Below, in pieces: positions 56,065 to 64,000 of a stretch of DNA of 64,000 nt. The position numbers and the translations under genes are program-made. How positions within the stretch are numbered: the first letter of the stretch is position 1; each line of letters starts with the position of its first letter. Where the stretch lies: positions 124,001 through 188,000 of the forward strand of contig PPNB01000005.1 of assembly GCA_003707115.1 (NCBI GenBank), in the 5' to 3' direction. Source of the DNA: Tortispora ganteri. Taxonomy: Eukaryota. The notes beneath the pieces are model-generated. The model worked only from the letters and a program-made list of their open reading frames with translations. It searched no databases and had not been told where the DNA came from.

Positions 56065-57033
56065 ATGACAGTAGACAACTTGTTCAAGTTCCATTTGGGG
56101 CTATTACCGCCACAAGCCGTTACAGAAGATTCTAATCGGCTAGCAGTCGCTTACTTTGCCATATGCGGATTCGAACTCTCAGGTACGCTTTCAGATGTCT
56201 GTCCAGATGTACTAGATTCATGGGCGCGTACAGTGTCTCTTAATTTAATTGATTGCATGGCATTCCGTGGAAGCTGGAGCATGAATCTCGGCGTGCCCTG
56301 TGTTTACGATTGTCCGGACATAATGGGCACGCTGTTCGCCTTACAGGTTCTTACTCTTCTTGCTCGACATGGGTCATCTAATGCCACTGAAACACTTGAG
56401 TCTATAAATACTGCTAAAACCGCCGATTGGTTGCGTAAATGCGTCCAACCAGATGGTTCTGTTGCCGCCCGGGTCCGTGATGACGGCACACCGATCAGTG
56501 AAGTCGATTTGCGGTTCACTTATGCCGCATGTGCTATCCAGCGATTATTGCACATTGACGCACTAGACGGTGACAAGATAACTGCATACATTGCGCGATG
56601 TGTTGCTTTCGATGGCGGGATCGGCGCTTTCCCGGGAACCGAAGGTCATGCCGGGACTACATTCTGTGGTCTGGCAGCTTGCCGTTTGCTTGATCGTGAC
56701 CTCACAACACTGCCATTCATTTCTACAACAAGGTTCCTTCACAATTTACAAGGATCCGGGTTCTGCGGCCGTATAGGCAAGCTCGAAGATACATGCTACT
56801 CTTTCTGGGTAGGTGGTAGTTTAGCGCTGTTAGAAATAGACCGACCACCAGTTAGTTTCGCTGCAGAAGACGATTTTTTACGACGCACAGAAGATAAACT
56901 CACTGGTGGACATTCACCGCATCCAGAAGGTCCGCCAGACTTGATGCATTCTTGTCTTGCCTTGGCTGCACTGGCCCTACGAGAGAATAGGTTTGACCCT
57001 CTAACGTCTCTTCCTACATGCGATACAAATTAA
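56065..57033 (+). CDS. CDC43: Prenyltransferase beta subunit, most like geranylgeranyltransferase-I beta
   Basis: DLRFTYAA, FDGGIG, EGHAGTTFCG, GRIGKLEDTCYSFW, PDLMHS; N-terminal DSNRLAVAYF. Confidence 0.8.
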   Translation: MTVDNLFKFHLGLLPPQAVTEDSNRLAVAYFAICGFELSGTLSDVCPDVLDSWARTVSLNLIDCMAFRGSWSMNLGVPCVYDCPDIMGTLFALQVLTLLARHGSSNATETLESINTAKTADWLRKCVQPDGSVAARVRDDGTPISEVDLRFTYAACAIQRLLHIDALDGDKITAYIARCVAFDGGIGAFPGTEGHAGTTFCGLAACRLLDRDLTTLPFISTTRFLHNLQGSGFCGRIGKLEDTCYSFWVGGSLALLEIDRPPVSFAAEDDFLRRTEDKLTGGHSPHPEGPPDLMHSCLALAALALRENRFDPLTSLPTCDTN

Positions 57034-57076
57034 TAAGACAAGAATTCATTCATTCTTATTCTATAATTAGACTGGT

Positions 57077-58093
57077 CTAGGGGTTCTCGGCGACGAACTT
57101 GACGCCCTTGGCGATATTGCCCTTGAGAGTCTCCTTGGAGGTCTCGATGAGCTTTGCTTCGTAGTCACTGACTTTGCCGACCTCGTGGACTTTCTCGACA
57201 CCGGACTTTCCGAGAGTGACAAAAGAGGCAAAGAAGTCAACACCCTCTGACTTGTAGAGAGGAGAATCGATGTATGCAGGCTCGACGGGGCTCTCGCCCT
57301 TGAGGCCCTTAAGGAGAGAAGAGCCGAAACGGGCGGCGGCCTGGGCCATGGAAAGAGTAGCAGAACCGGCACCGTCCTTGGCCTGGACGACCTCATCACC
57401 ACCAAACTGAATGCGGTGGGTGAGGCTGTCGAGAGTCTCGCCAGAGATATCAGGGTGAGAAGTCTGAGAAATCAAGGGCACAATGGTGACACCAGAGTGA
57501 CCACCAACGACAGGAACGTTCTCCTTGGTAGGGTCAGAGGAAGTGACTTCGGCAATGAAGCGGTTAGCACGAAGAGTGTCTAAAGTGGTGATACCGAAGA
57601 GACGCTTGGGGTCGTAGACACCCTTGGACTTGAAGACCTCGGCAACAATTGGAACAGTGCTGTTGACAGGGTTGGAGATAATTCCAACTAAAGCCTTAGG
57701 AGCATTGTCGGCGATAGCCTTGGCGAGGTCGCGAACAATAGAAGCATTGGTGTTGAAAAGATCGTCTCGGGTCATACCGGGTTTGCGAGGCATACCGGCA
57801 GGAACAAGGACGACGTCGACGTCCTTAAGAGCCTTAGACAATCCATCACCATCGGGACCATATCCCTTGACGACCGAGTTAGTGTCAATGTGAGAGACAT
57901 CGGCACCCACACCAGGAGCTCCGCGGATATCATAGAGACGCAGGTCAGTGACATCGTGGTTGAGTTTCATTAAAAGGGACAGCGGTTGTCCGATACCACC
58001 ACCGGCACCGAGGACAGCAACCTTGTATGCGGTAGCAGCAGAAGAAGAAAAGTTGCGCACACCCGGAACAGTTAATTGTCTAGCAGAAAACAT
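57077..58093 (-). CDS. MDH1: Mitochondrial malate dehydrogenase
   Basis: Presequence MFSAR...[49 protein letters not shown]. Confidence 0.97.
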   Translation of the reverse strand: MFSARQLTVPGVRNFSSSAATAYKVAVLGAGGGIGQPLSLLMKLNHDVTDLRLYDIRGAPGVGADVSHIDTNSVVKGYGPDGDGLSKALKDVDVVLVPAGMPRKPGMTRDDLFNTNASIVRDLAKAIADNAPKALVGIISNPVNSTVPIVAEVFKSKGVYDPKRLFGITTLDTLRANRFIAEVTSSDPTKENVPVVGGHSGVTIVPLISQTSHPDISGETLDSLTHRIQFGGDEVVQAKDGAGSATLSMAQAAARFGSSLLKGLKGESPVEPAYIDSPLYKSEGVDFFASFVTLGKSGVEKVHEVGKVSDYEAKLIETSKETLKGNIAKGVKFVAENP

Positions 58094-58399
58094 TTTTTAG
58101 TCGAATTTATCTAATTGACGAGGGTCTTTCAGTAAATACAGGCGAACCAAGCAAAAAGGCTTAAAGGAAGAGGGTAGAAGATTTGGCTATGATGTTAATA
58201 TATCGGTGGGAACATTCGGTGTAATTACCCGGCTCCCGGGTTTCCGGTCGATAATTTGGGAAATGCGGCTTGCAATATCCGGGGTTGATCGGCAAACAGA
58301 AACTAAGATGAGGTACTTCTTTTAAACGAATATAACTGAGTATGAAATAAAATGTACATGATATGTAGTGTACGATAGATCGGCTATTTAGTGATGTAT

Positions 58400-59479
58400 T
58401 TATAGTCGTGGAGAAGATTGTGTCATTGTGATTACAATCTTACCGAACTGTTGGCTGTCGCGCATCACCAAAAATGCCGTCTCCACATCGTCGAAGCTGA
58501 ATTGATGTGAAACAAGGGGCTTGACTTTATGGCTGTCCACAAAATTAATCATTTCTTTAAATTCAGTAAACGAACCCATAGTAGATCCACGAACGTCCAT
58601 GTGAGCGAGTACGGATCGCATAGTATACGTGATCTGCGGGCCAGCGGTCATGCCGTAGCAAGAGATAATCGCACCTGGTCGGCAAAATTTGATCGCTTTG
58701 GTGGCAATATCGGCACCGGCACCGTCAATGACTACATCTATAAGTGCACCGCCTAGTGTTTTCTTGACCTGATCGGGCCAATCCTTTTCCTTGTAATTAA
58801 ATCCACCTTTCACACCTAGGCGTTCGATTGCTCCGTCAATTTTCTCTTTCGAGCTGGACGTTACATAGACATTATGACCTGCATGGACTGCAAACATTGC
58901 AGCGAACACAGCAACACCGCCACCAATTCCAGTGACAAGAATATTCTTAGCTGGTCCACTCAAGGGTAGTTCGCCTTTAGTGAAGGTCGCGCGCCAAGCG
59001 GTAAGTCCAGCTAACGGCAGTGCAGCAGCTTCACTATCGGATAAATGTGCAGGGCATTCCACAAACTCTTCATTTGTACATGCCACATATTCGCACCCAG
59101 TTCCGACGGGAAGCATCTTGGTGCCTCCTAATATGGCGAAGTGGTTAGTGTCAGGAGCTCGAGGATCGCTGACCCAACCTCGAGAAGGTGCAACAATGAC
59201 TCGTTTGCCAGCCCATTGCGAGCGAATACTTTCCGACCCGCCATCAGCGACAGTGCCAATACCATCTGCAAAAAGAGGTACACCAGGGAGAACACCCGGA
59301 TATAGATTTTGGCGCGAGAACACATCGCGATGATTGAGTGCCACAGCTGATATCTTCACCAGGACCTCATTCGATTTCGGGACGGGTTTCTCAATGTCGA
59401 CAATCTCGATAGGATGCCAAAGATTAGGTGAAGGTTTTGCTTTCAAATCAGCGGATTTGCTAATGACAATGGCTTTCAT
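58400..59479 (-). CDS. Medium-chain dehydrogenase/reductase (quinone-oxidoreductase-like)
   Basis: ALNHRD, AAALPLAGLTAWRA, ILVTGIGGGVA, GSTMGS, QFGKIV. Confidence 0.88.
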   Translation of the reverse strand: MKAIVISKSADLKAKPSPNLWHPIEIVDIEKPVPKSNEVLVKISAVALNHRDVFSRQNLYPGVLPGVPLFADGIGTVADGGSESIRSQWAGKRVIVAPSRGWVSDPRAPDTNHFAILGGTKMLPVGTGCEYVACTNEEFVECPAHLSDSEAAALPLAGLTAWRATFTKGELPLSGPAKNILVTGIGGGVAVFAAMFAVHAGHNVYVTSSSKEKIDGAIERLGVKGGFNYKEKDWPDQVKKTLGGALIDVVIDGAGADIATKAIKFCRPGAIISCYGMTAGPQITYTMRSVLAHMDVRGSTMGSFTEFKEMINFVDSHKVKPLVSHQFSFDDVETAFLVMRDSQQFGKIVITMTQSSPRL

Positions 59480-59922
59480 TATGGGCTAAATCGACTTGAA
59501 GTTGCAATAAGTGGGGAAGAATCGAAGCCGAGGGAGGGTATCTGCTGCTCAGCAAATATTGGGAGGAGATTTTGTCATCGCTCGTTGTTATGGGCCAATG
59601 TCAAATCTGATAGTTGAATCAGGTTGCATAGTCTGTGCGGCTGCATGCAAAAATGACCTATACAGATCAGATATTTAGTGTTAAGACAATGCAGGAAAAA
59701 TCCAAGTCATAACTGGAGATCACAGGACGGCATTTGGCAGGTGCGGTGTTTCAAACGGGTGGAGAATGTTTGAGAACCTTATAGTCGTCACGAGACTTTG
59801 AAAGTTGTATCAAGAGGTTATATATAATACCCAATGCAATTGTCCTCATTCCCAGATATTGCCGCAGGATTAACAAAGGAACAAGGAAAAACAAAAAGAT
59901 CGACATCAATAATTTAATAATA

Positions 59923-60186
59923 ATGAGTAACAGAGAATCGAAGCCAATGTCTTATACGTACGACCGACCGACATGGACGGGAACGCGAGAGGAGATTGTG
60001 CGAACGGAAGACAAAGAAGGAGCCATGTACAGTGCACAGGAGGACTATGAAAAGCTGCGTGAAGAGCAAGAAAGAATTGAGTTCCAGTTTGCGTCGGGTC
60101 GTAGAAAATCGAGCAATTATGAGCTTGAGATTGCAATGGCGAAAGCACGCGGAAGCATTCCGCAGCCGCCAAGTCAGAGACAATGA
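59923..60186 (+). CDS. Small hydrophilic protein (87 aa), function unknown
   Basis: TATATATAA about 100 nt upstream, A-rich leader, ATA-ATG context; sits in an otherwise empty interval. Confidence 0.55.
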   Translation: MSNRESKPMSYTYDRPTWTGTREEIVRTEDKEGAMYSAQEDYEKLREEQERIEFQFASGRRKSSNYELEIAMAKARGSIPQPPSQRQ

Positions 60187-60461
60187 TGGACGCGTACCAG
60201 ACAAAGTAACGAGCCAAGTATTAAAAAACTCGTAAGATTAATGATCTGAGGGCTTCCAAAACGTTCAATAGATCATCATGAATCAAAGATTACCTGCATG
60301 GCGCAGGGTCGCCGAGTAATCAATTTGCATGAGTACAGGTTCTTTTCGGGCCAGTCCGGTACAGTGCTACCACTGAATGGAATAGTAATAATAGCAACAG
60401 TAATTCGAAAAAAGAAAGTAATGAAAAGAGACTAGAAAAGAGGAAAAACGAGTGAAGGTAG

Positions 60462-61166
60462 TTAACGAAGCCATTTGATGATAAGTACAAAAAGGACAAG
60501 GAGCGTAAAAGCACCACCGTAGAAGACGAATTTATCTTGTTTTGCGCGCCTTCGTACGCGGTTGATGACATCTCCGGAAAGTCCAAGGGTACCAGCAGCC
60601 TGTAATAGGCGGGCCTGGGTTCCCCGGAGGAAAGTAGACTGCTCATTGAGATCACCGAGTACTTTGGCGCCAGTTTCTAAGAACGAATCTAATGCGCTGT
60701 TGATGCCTGCTAGAGCATCATGTTCATTTAGCGTACCTGACTGACGTGAAGCCCACCGTGGATCGTTGTAAGTGTCGTTATTGGCGAACGGGTTCTCAGA
60801 CTGTTCTACAGCAGTCGAGTCGCGATCGCGGTGCCGCAGTAGTTCAGTACGGCTAGACGCGGTGCCCGAACCAGAAGCAAGTTCGCGAGCGCGCTGCTGG
60901 CGTAGTTCCTGATACTTTGAAGTGAACTTTGTGAGTTCTGTGCGAAATTGGGCAACACGTTCTGAGGCTTTGGCTTTCTTTTGAGTGTCTGTCTCACGGG
61001 AGACGAAGGTATTATATTCGTCAATTGTGCGCGTGAATGTGGCGAGAGATGCAGAAATCTGGCCTTGAATAGCAAGATTGGCTGTAGATGGCGATTCAGC
61101 AAACTTTTCTAGATCAGCTTTAAGCGTGTTTGATAGTCGCAGAGCGTGATTGAAGGCGGAGTTCAT
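60462..61166 (-). CDS. BOS1: ER-Golgi Qb-SNARE Bos1
   Basis: MNSAFNHA, QGQISASL, TLGLSGDVINRVRRRAKQDKFVF and a C-terminal TM. Confidence 0.9.
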   Translation of the reverse strand: MNSAFNHALRLSNTLKADLEKFAESPSTANLAIQGQISASLATFTRTIDEYNTFVSRETDTQKKAKASERVAQFRTELTKFTSKYQELRQQRARELASGSGTASSRTELLRHRDRDSTAVEQSENPFANNDTYNDPRWASRQSGTLNEHDALAGINSALDSFLETGAKVLGDLNEQSTFLRGTQARLLQAAGTLGLSGDVINRVRRRAKQDKFVFYGGAFTLLVLFVLIIKWLR

Positions 61167-61418
61167 ATGTAAACGTGGTCAGCAGAAAGTTCAGGATAGG
61201 TGAAAGGAGGAGGCACAAGGATAGTAATGAGAATGTATGTAATGAATACCGTGTATATTTACAGGTAATGTGTTATAAATATGTACAGATATACTGCTAC
61301 TGGATGCAGAAGGGTAGCTTAGAATGGTGATGCAGTTATGATCGATGGTTGGTGTAATACCAGGACGTGGTTGTGTGCAGTCTTTGGGAGGGTAAGGGAC
61401 CTGGAAAGTGACAGAACT

Positions 61419-62228
61419 ATGGAGAAGCTATTAAAATGGTCATTAAATGCAAGCAATGGACAGGCAGATGGAACGGCACCTGATCCAGAACTGATTGCGC
61501 AACTTTTCGGTAGCCCGGATGATACGGAGATCATGAAACAAGCCGGTGTAGTACTTAAGAACGAGTCCAGCAGCATTGAGGAGAAAGAAGCTGCGTTCGA
61601 CAATTTACAGATGCTCGTAGAACAAGTAGACAACGCTAATAATATGGTACCTCTAGGGTTATGGCCTGTTGTTTTACAGTACTTGGATGCCACAGAAGCA
61701 AGTTTACGACGATACGCTGCTTGGGTGGTGGCGAGTGCAGTACAGAACAATGACAAAGCGCAAGAAGAGCTGGCGAAGTATAAAGAGATTATGAAACGAT
61801 TACTGGAACTCGCCTCAGATTTAAAAGAGACTGACGTGAGTCGTATGTGTTTATTAGCTATATCGAGTCTTATTGGTAACTGTGAGAGTGAGTACTCATT
61901 GTTTGTACACAACGGAGGCTGGGAAGTCGCTGGTGATATTATTGAACAGAATCCCGATAATGGTCGAGCAATTCGAGTAATCATGACAGGTCTACGGAAT
62001 GAGAAGGATAAAGCAGGTGTTGTGGCACGTGAACGTGGGATTGTAAATAAAGTGCTTGAAGGGTTTGACAAAACTACAAAAGCAGATGCAGCATTGTCGT
62101 ATGTGCATGTGCTAGATATTCTAAAACCTGGACTCGATGCCAAAGAACTTGCGATAATTAGAAATAAGATAGAACAGCATCAAGCGGCTGATTTGCTTAC
62201 AATGGATGAAACTAGCGAGTGGAATTAA
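61419..62228 (+). CDS. FES1: Hsp70 nucleotide exchange factor Fes1
   Basis: MEKLLKWS, PDPELIAQLFG, AFDNLQMLVEQVDNANN, AVQNN. Confidence 0.9.
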   Translation: MEKLLKWSLNASNGQADGTAPDPELIAQLFGSPDDTEIMKQAGVVLKNESSSIEEKEAAFDNLQMLVEQVDNANNMVPLGLWPVVLQYLDATEASLRRYAAWVVASAVQNNDKAQEELAKYKEIMKRLLELASDLKETDVSRMCLLAISSLIGNCESEYSLFVHNGGWEVAGDIIEQNPDNGRAIRVIMTGLRNEKDKAGVVARERGIVNKVLEGFDKTTKADAALSYVHVLDILKPGLDAKELAIIRNKIEQHQAADLLTMDETSEWN

Positions 62229-62481
62229 TGCTAGATCAATTTAAAAACTGATACTTGAAATGAAACTAAAGCTGAATATTACTGAATCTTAGGTGAAGTT
62301 AGAGTAGTGTCTTAAGAAATGCCTGTTGTCAATCTAACGGCAAACAACGGAATATCTGCGGCAGTGCAGTTCTGAATATAATGAAAAAAGTAAAAATTTG
62401 TAGGATACTGCTCGACATCGCGCAGTATACAACGCAATGAATACGCATATGCATAATACCGGTTGTTGACTGTATGTTCGT

Positions 62482-63054
62482 TCACGAGCTATGGTCGTCT
62501 TGGTCATCATCATCGTCATCGTTAGGCGCATTAATGGAGAATCTGACACGATCGGAGCTAGGAAGTTTGGGGATGACTGCAAATAGACATATAGCACAGT
62601 TAATAACAAACTGTGTCAAGTCATAATCAGTGTAATGCGTCGATATCAGAAATAAACCTACAGGAACGCCAAGAAGAAATTTCTTAGTAGGAGTGTACTG
62701 ATCGCCATCGTCTATTTGTTCCCACATATTGAGATTGTCGTAAGCACCTGAATTGAAATCAAATGGGATGCCGGTCACATGATGAAACATAATGTAAGAA
62801 CCTACGACATAAGTGAGGTTGGTTAAAGTCCAGCTCATATTGCTGGAAACCCAGGGAAAGAGTCCATATATGACTTTTAGCAACGCAATTATAACTAAAT
62901 GTATAAGCCATGCACCACGGCTATTTACCCAGTCAGCGTTCAGATTTGGTAGCGATTGTTGATCTGATTTCTCTTCGATTGTCTCCTCCTTGATGTGCTG
63001 AATGAGCGACGACGATCGCTTCTGTCTTGTTCTGGGCCTGTTCATAGTTGGCAT
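62482..63054 (-). CDS. ORM1: ORMDL/Orm sphingolipid homeostasis protein
   Basis: KRSSSLI, NLNADWVNSRGAW, FHHVTGIPF, MWEQIDDGDQYTPTKKFL. Confidence 0.95.
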   Translation of the reverse strand: MPTMNRPRTRQKRSSSLIQHIKEETIEEKSDQQSLPNLNADWVNSRGAWLIHLVIIALLKVIYGLFPWVSSNMSWTLTNLTYVVGSYIMFHHVTGIPFDFNSGAYDNLNMWEQIDDGDQYTPTKKFLLGVPVGLFLISTHYTDYDLTQFVINCAICLFAVIPKLPSSDRVRFSINAPNDDDDDDQDDHSS

Positions 63055-63319
63055 GCCGGCAGAAAGTAGTCGGTATGGAGTTCGATCGATTATTTGCGCG
63101 CACTAGAATGTGCTGGAAAACAGTATCGATACGTGTATCGGTCCGACCTAGGCAGTTAAAAGGGCGAGGGGGCTTCGAAAATTAGGTAGGCAAAAGGTCA
63201 GGTGCAACTACAATTTATTCCCCAAGTGTTACACTGCACCCGGGGTTCCGGGTAACGCTGAATGTTCCGTGCCCGCGTCCGGGCAACCACGCTGTACTGG
63301 GGGAAATACATCAGCGTGG

Positions 63320-63985
63320 TTACGTTCGACGTTCGACAGTGAAAACAATTGGTATCGACGCTTCAATTTGTATAATGTTGCAGTTAAGCCAATTCGAAGT
63401 AGACACTTGCGTCCAGAAATCAGTTCGCCATTCAGTTACGTCCCACTCAAGCCCGCGCGTCGTCAATACCGTGCTCCCACCCAGAGGAATCATCCCGCAT
63501 GTTGGGCCATACAGTTCCTTAGCAACGGCTACCTGTGCGCTTTTCACGAGCGTCGTAACGGATTCTGAGCTGACTAGCCATATCCGTCGCCCCAGGTCTT
63601 TCCACGTTTTGTACATTGCATGATAAACATGAAACATTTGATCAACACGGCCACCATCGCCACCGATCAGTACAATATCCAGATCGCGCAATGACGCAAC
63701 CTCAAGTGCCTTTATCGATTTACCCAGATCTGTACTGTATTGATCTGGGTCTTTTTCGATCCGCACATCATGAGCTGCATAATATTCGCAAACATCCGTC
63801 CTTAACGAATCAAAATCGCCTACAATAAGATCTGGCAATTTACTGCTGTCGTAGTCATGCAGACGATTGGCTCCACCGTCTGCGCAGATCCGATACTGCG
63901 CTCGGTCCCACACTGCCGCTATAACGCCACCGTCTAATGGCTGGTTTAATACAATCACCGCAAATTTCAAATCGTCTCCACGCAT
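63320..63985 (-). CDS. THI80: Thiamine pyrophosphokinase
   Basis: VLNQP, ICADGGANRL, GDFDSL, DQYSTDLGK, GGRVDQ, TRGLEWD, QVSTSN. The start is near the window edge. Confidence 0.9.
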   Translation of the reverse strand: MRGDDLKFAVIVLNQPLDGGVIAAVWDRAQYRICADGGANRLHDYDSSKLPDLIVGDFDSLRTDVCEYYAAHDVRIEKDPDQYSTDLGKSIKALEVASLRDLDIVLIGGDGGRVDQMFHVYHAMYKTWKDLGRRIWLVSSESVTTLVKSAQVAVAKELYGPTCGMIPLGGSTVLTTRGLEWDVTEWRTDFWTQVSTSNWLNCNIIQIEASIPIVFTVERRT

Positions 63986-64000
63986 TATATTATCAAAACT

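Noticed and set aside
61319..62143. 274-aa antisense ORF over FES1, and similar antisense ORFs over eEF1B-gamma, ATP3, TOM40 and the helicase
   Set aside because: Shadow ORFs of real genes with no recognisable motifs.
16107..63985. TPC1 and THI80 as a thiamine cluster or a horizontally acquired operon
   Set aside because: They are 46 kb apart and both look like ordinary fungal orthologues; I recognised no bacterial-type genes in the window.
1..64000. tRNA, rRNA, transposon/LTR or CRISPR elements
   Set aside because: No tRNA A/B-box cloverleaf, rRNA signature, transposase/RT ORF or repeat-spacer array found by eye; tRNAscan-SE and Infernal would be needed to exclude small RNAs.

Overview
Compact, intron-poor fungal chromosome segment, most consistent with a Saccharomycotina yeast using the standard code (CTG reads as Leu at conserved positions; a lineage such as the Wickerhamiella/Starmerella group is an inference only). 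It holds about 39 densely packed protein-coding genes, mostly housekeeping: APL5, an RRM+YTH protein, ALA1, a RING-H2 ligase, ATP3, OPA3, SEC20, IPP1, TPC1, NOC4, ATP4, a questin-oxidase-like protein, TatD, PTC2, a degenerate DEAH helicase, YPI1, OCA4, an ANP1/VAN1-family gene, a C2H2 factor, SUP45, ATP11, a derlin, CWH41, CAX4, a PFK2/FBPase2, TOM40, GSK3, VPS68, SES1, an ECM9/PTAR1-like gene, eEF1B-gamma, MRPS9, CNB1, EPL1, CDC43, MDH1, an MDR oxidoreductase, BOS1, FES1, ORM1, THI80 and two unassigned ORFs. Three spliceosomal introns (ATP3, ATP4, PTC2) were reconstructed by hand. I found no tRNA, rRNA, transposon or CRISPR. The most unusual signals are translational: (1) the YPI1 stop codon overlaps the start of a catalytically degenerate DHX35-like helicase (ATGA), suggesting a bicistronic, coupled unit; (2) ALA1 has an in-frame mitochondrial-type presequence that can only start at a non-AUG codon (ATT); (3) regulatory genes have very long AUG-free upstream regions (up to about 1.2 kb). 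All gene identities come from my recall of family motifs, not from database searches.
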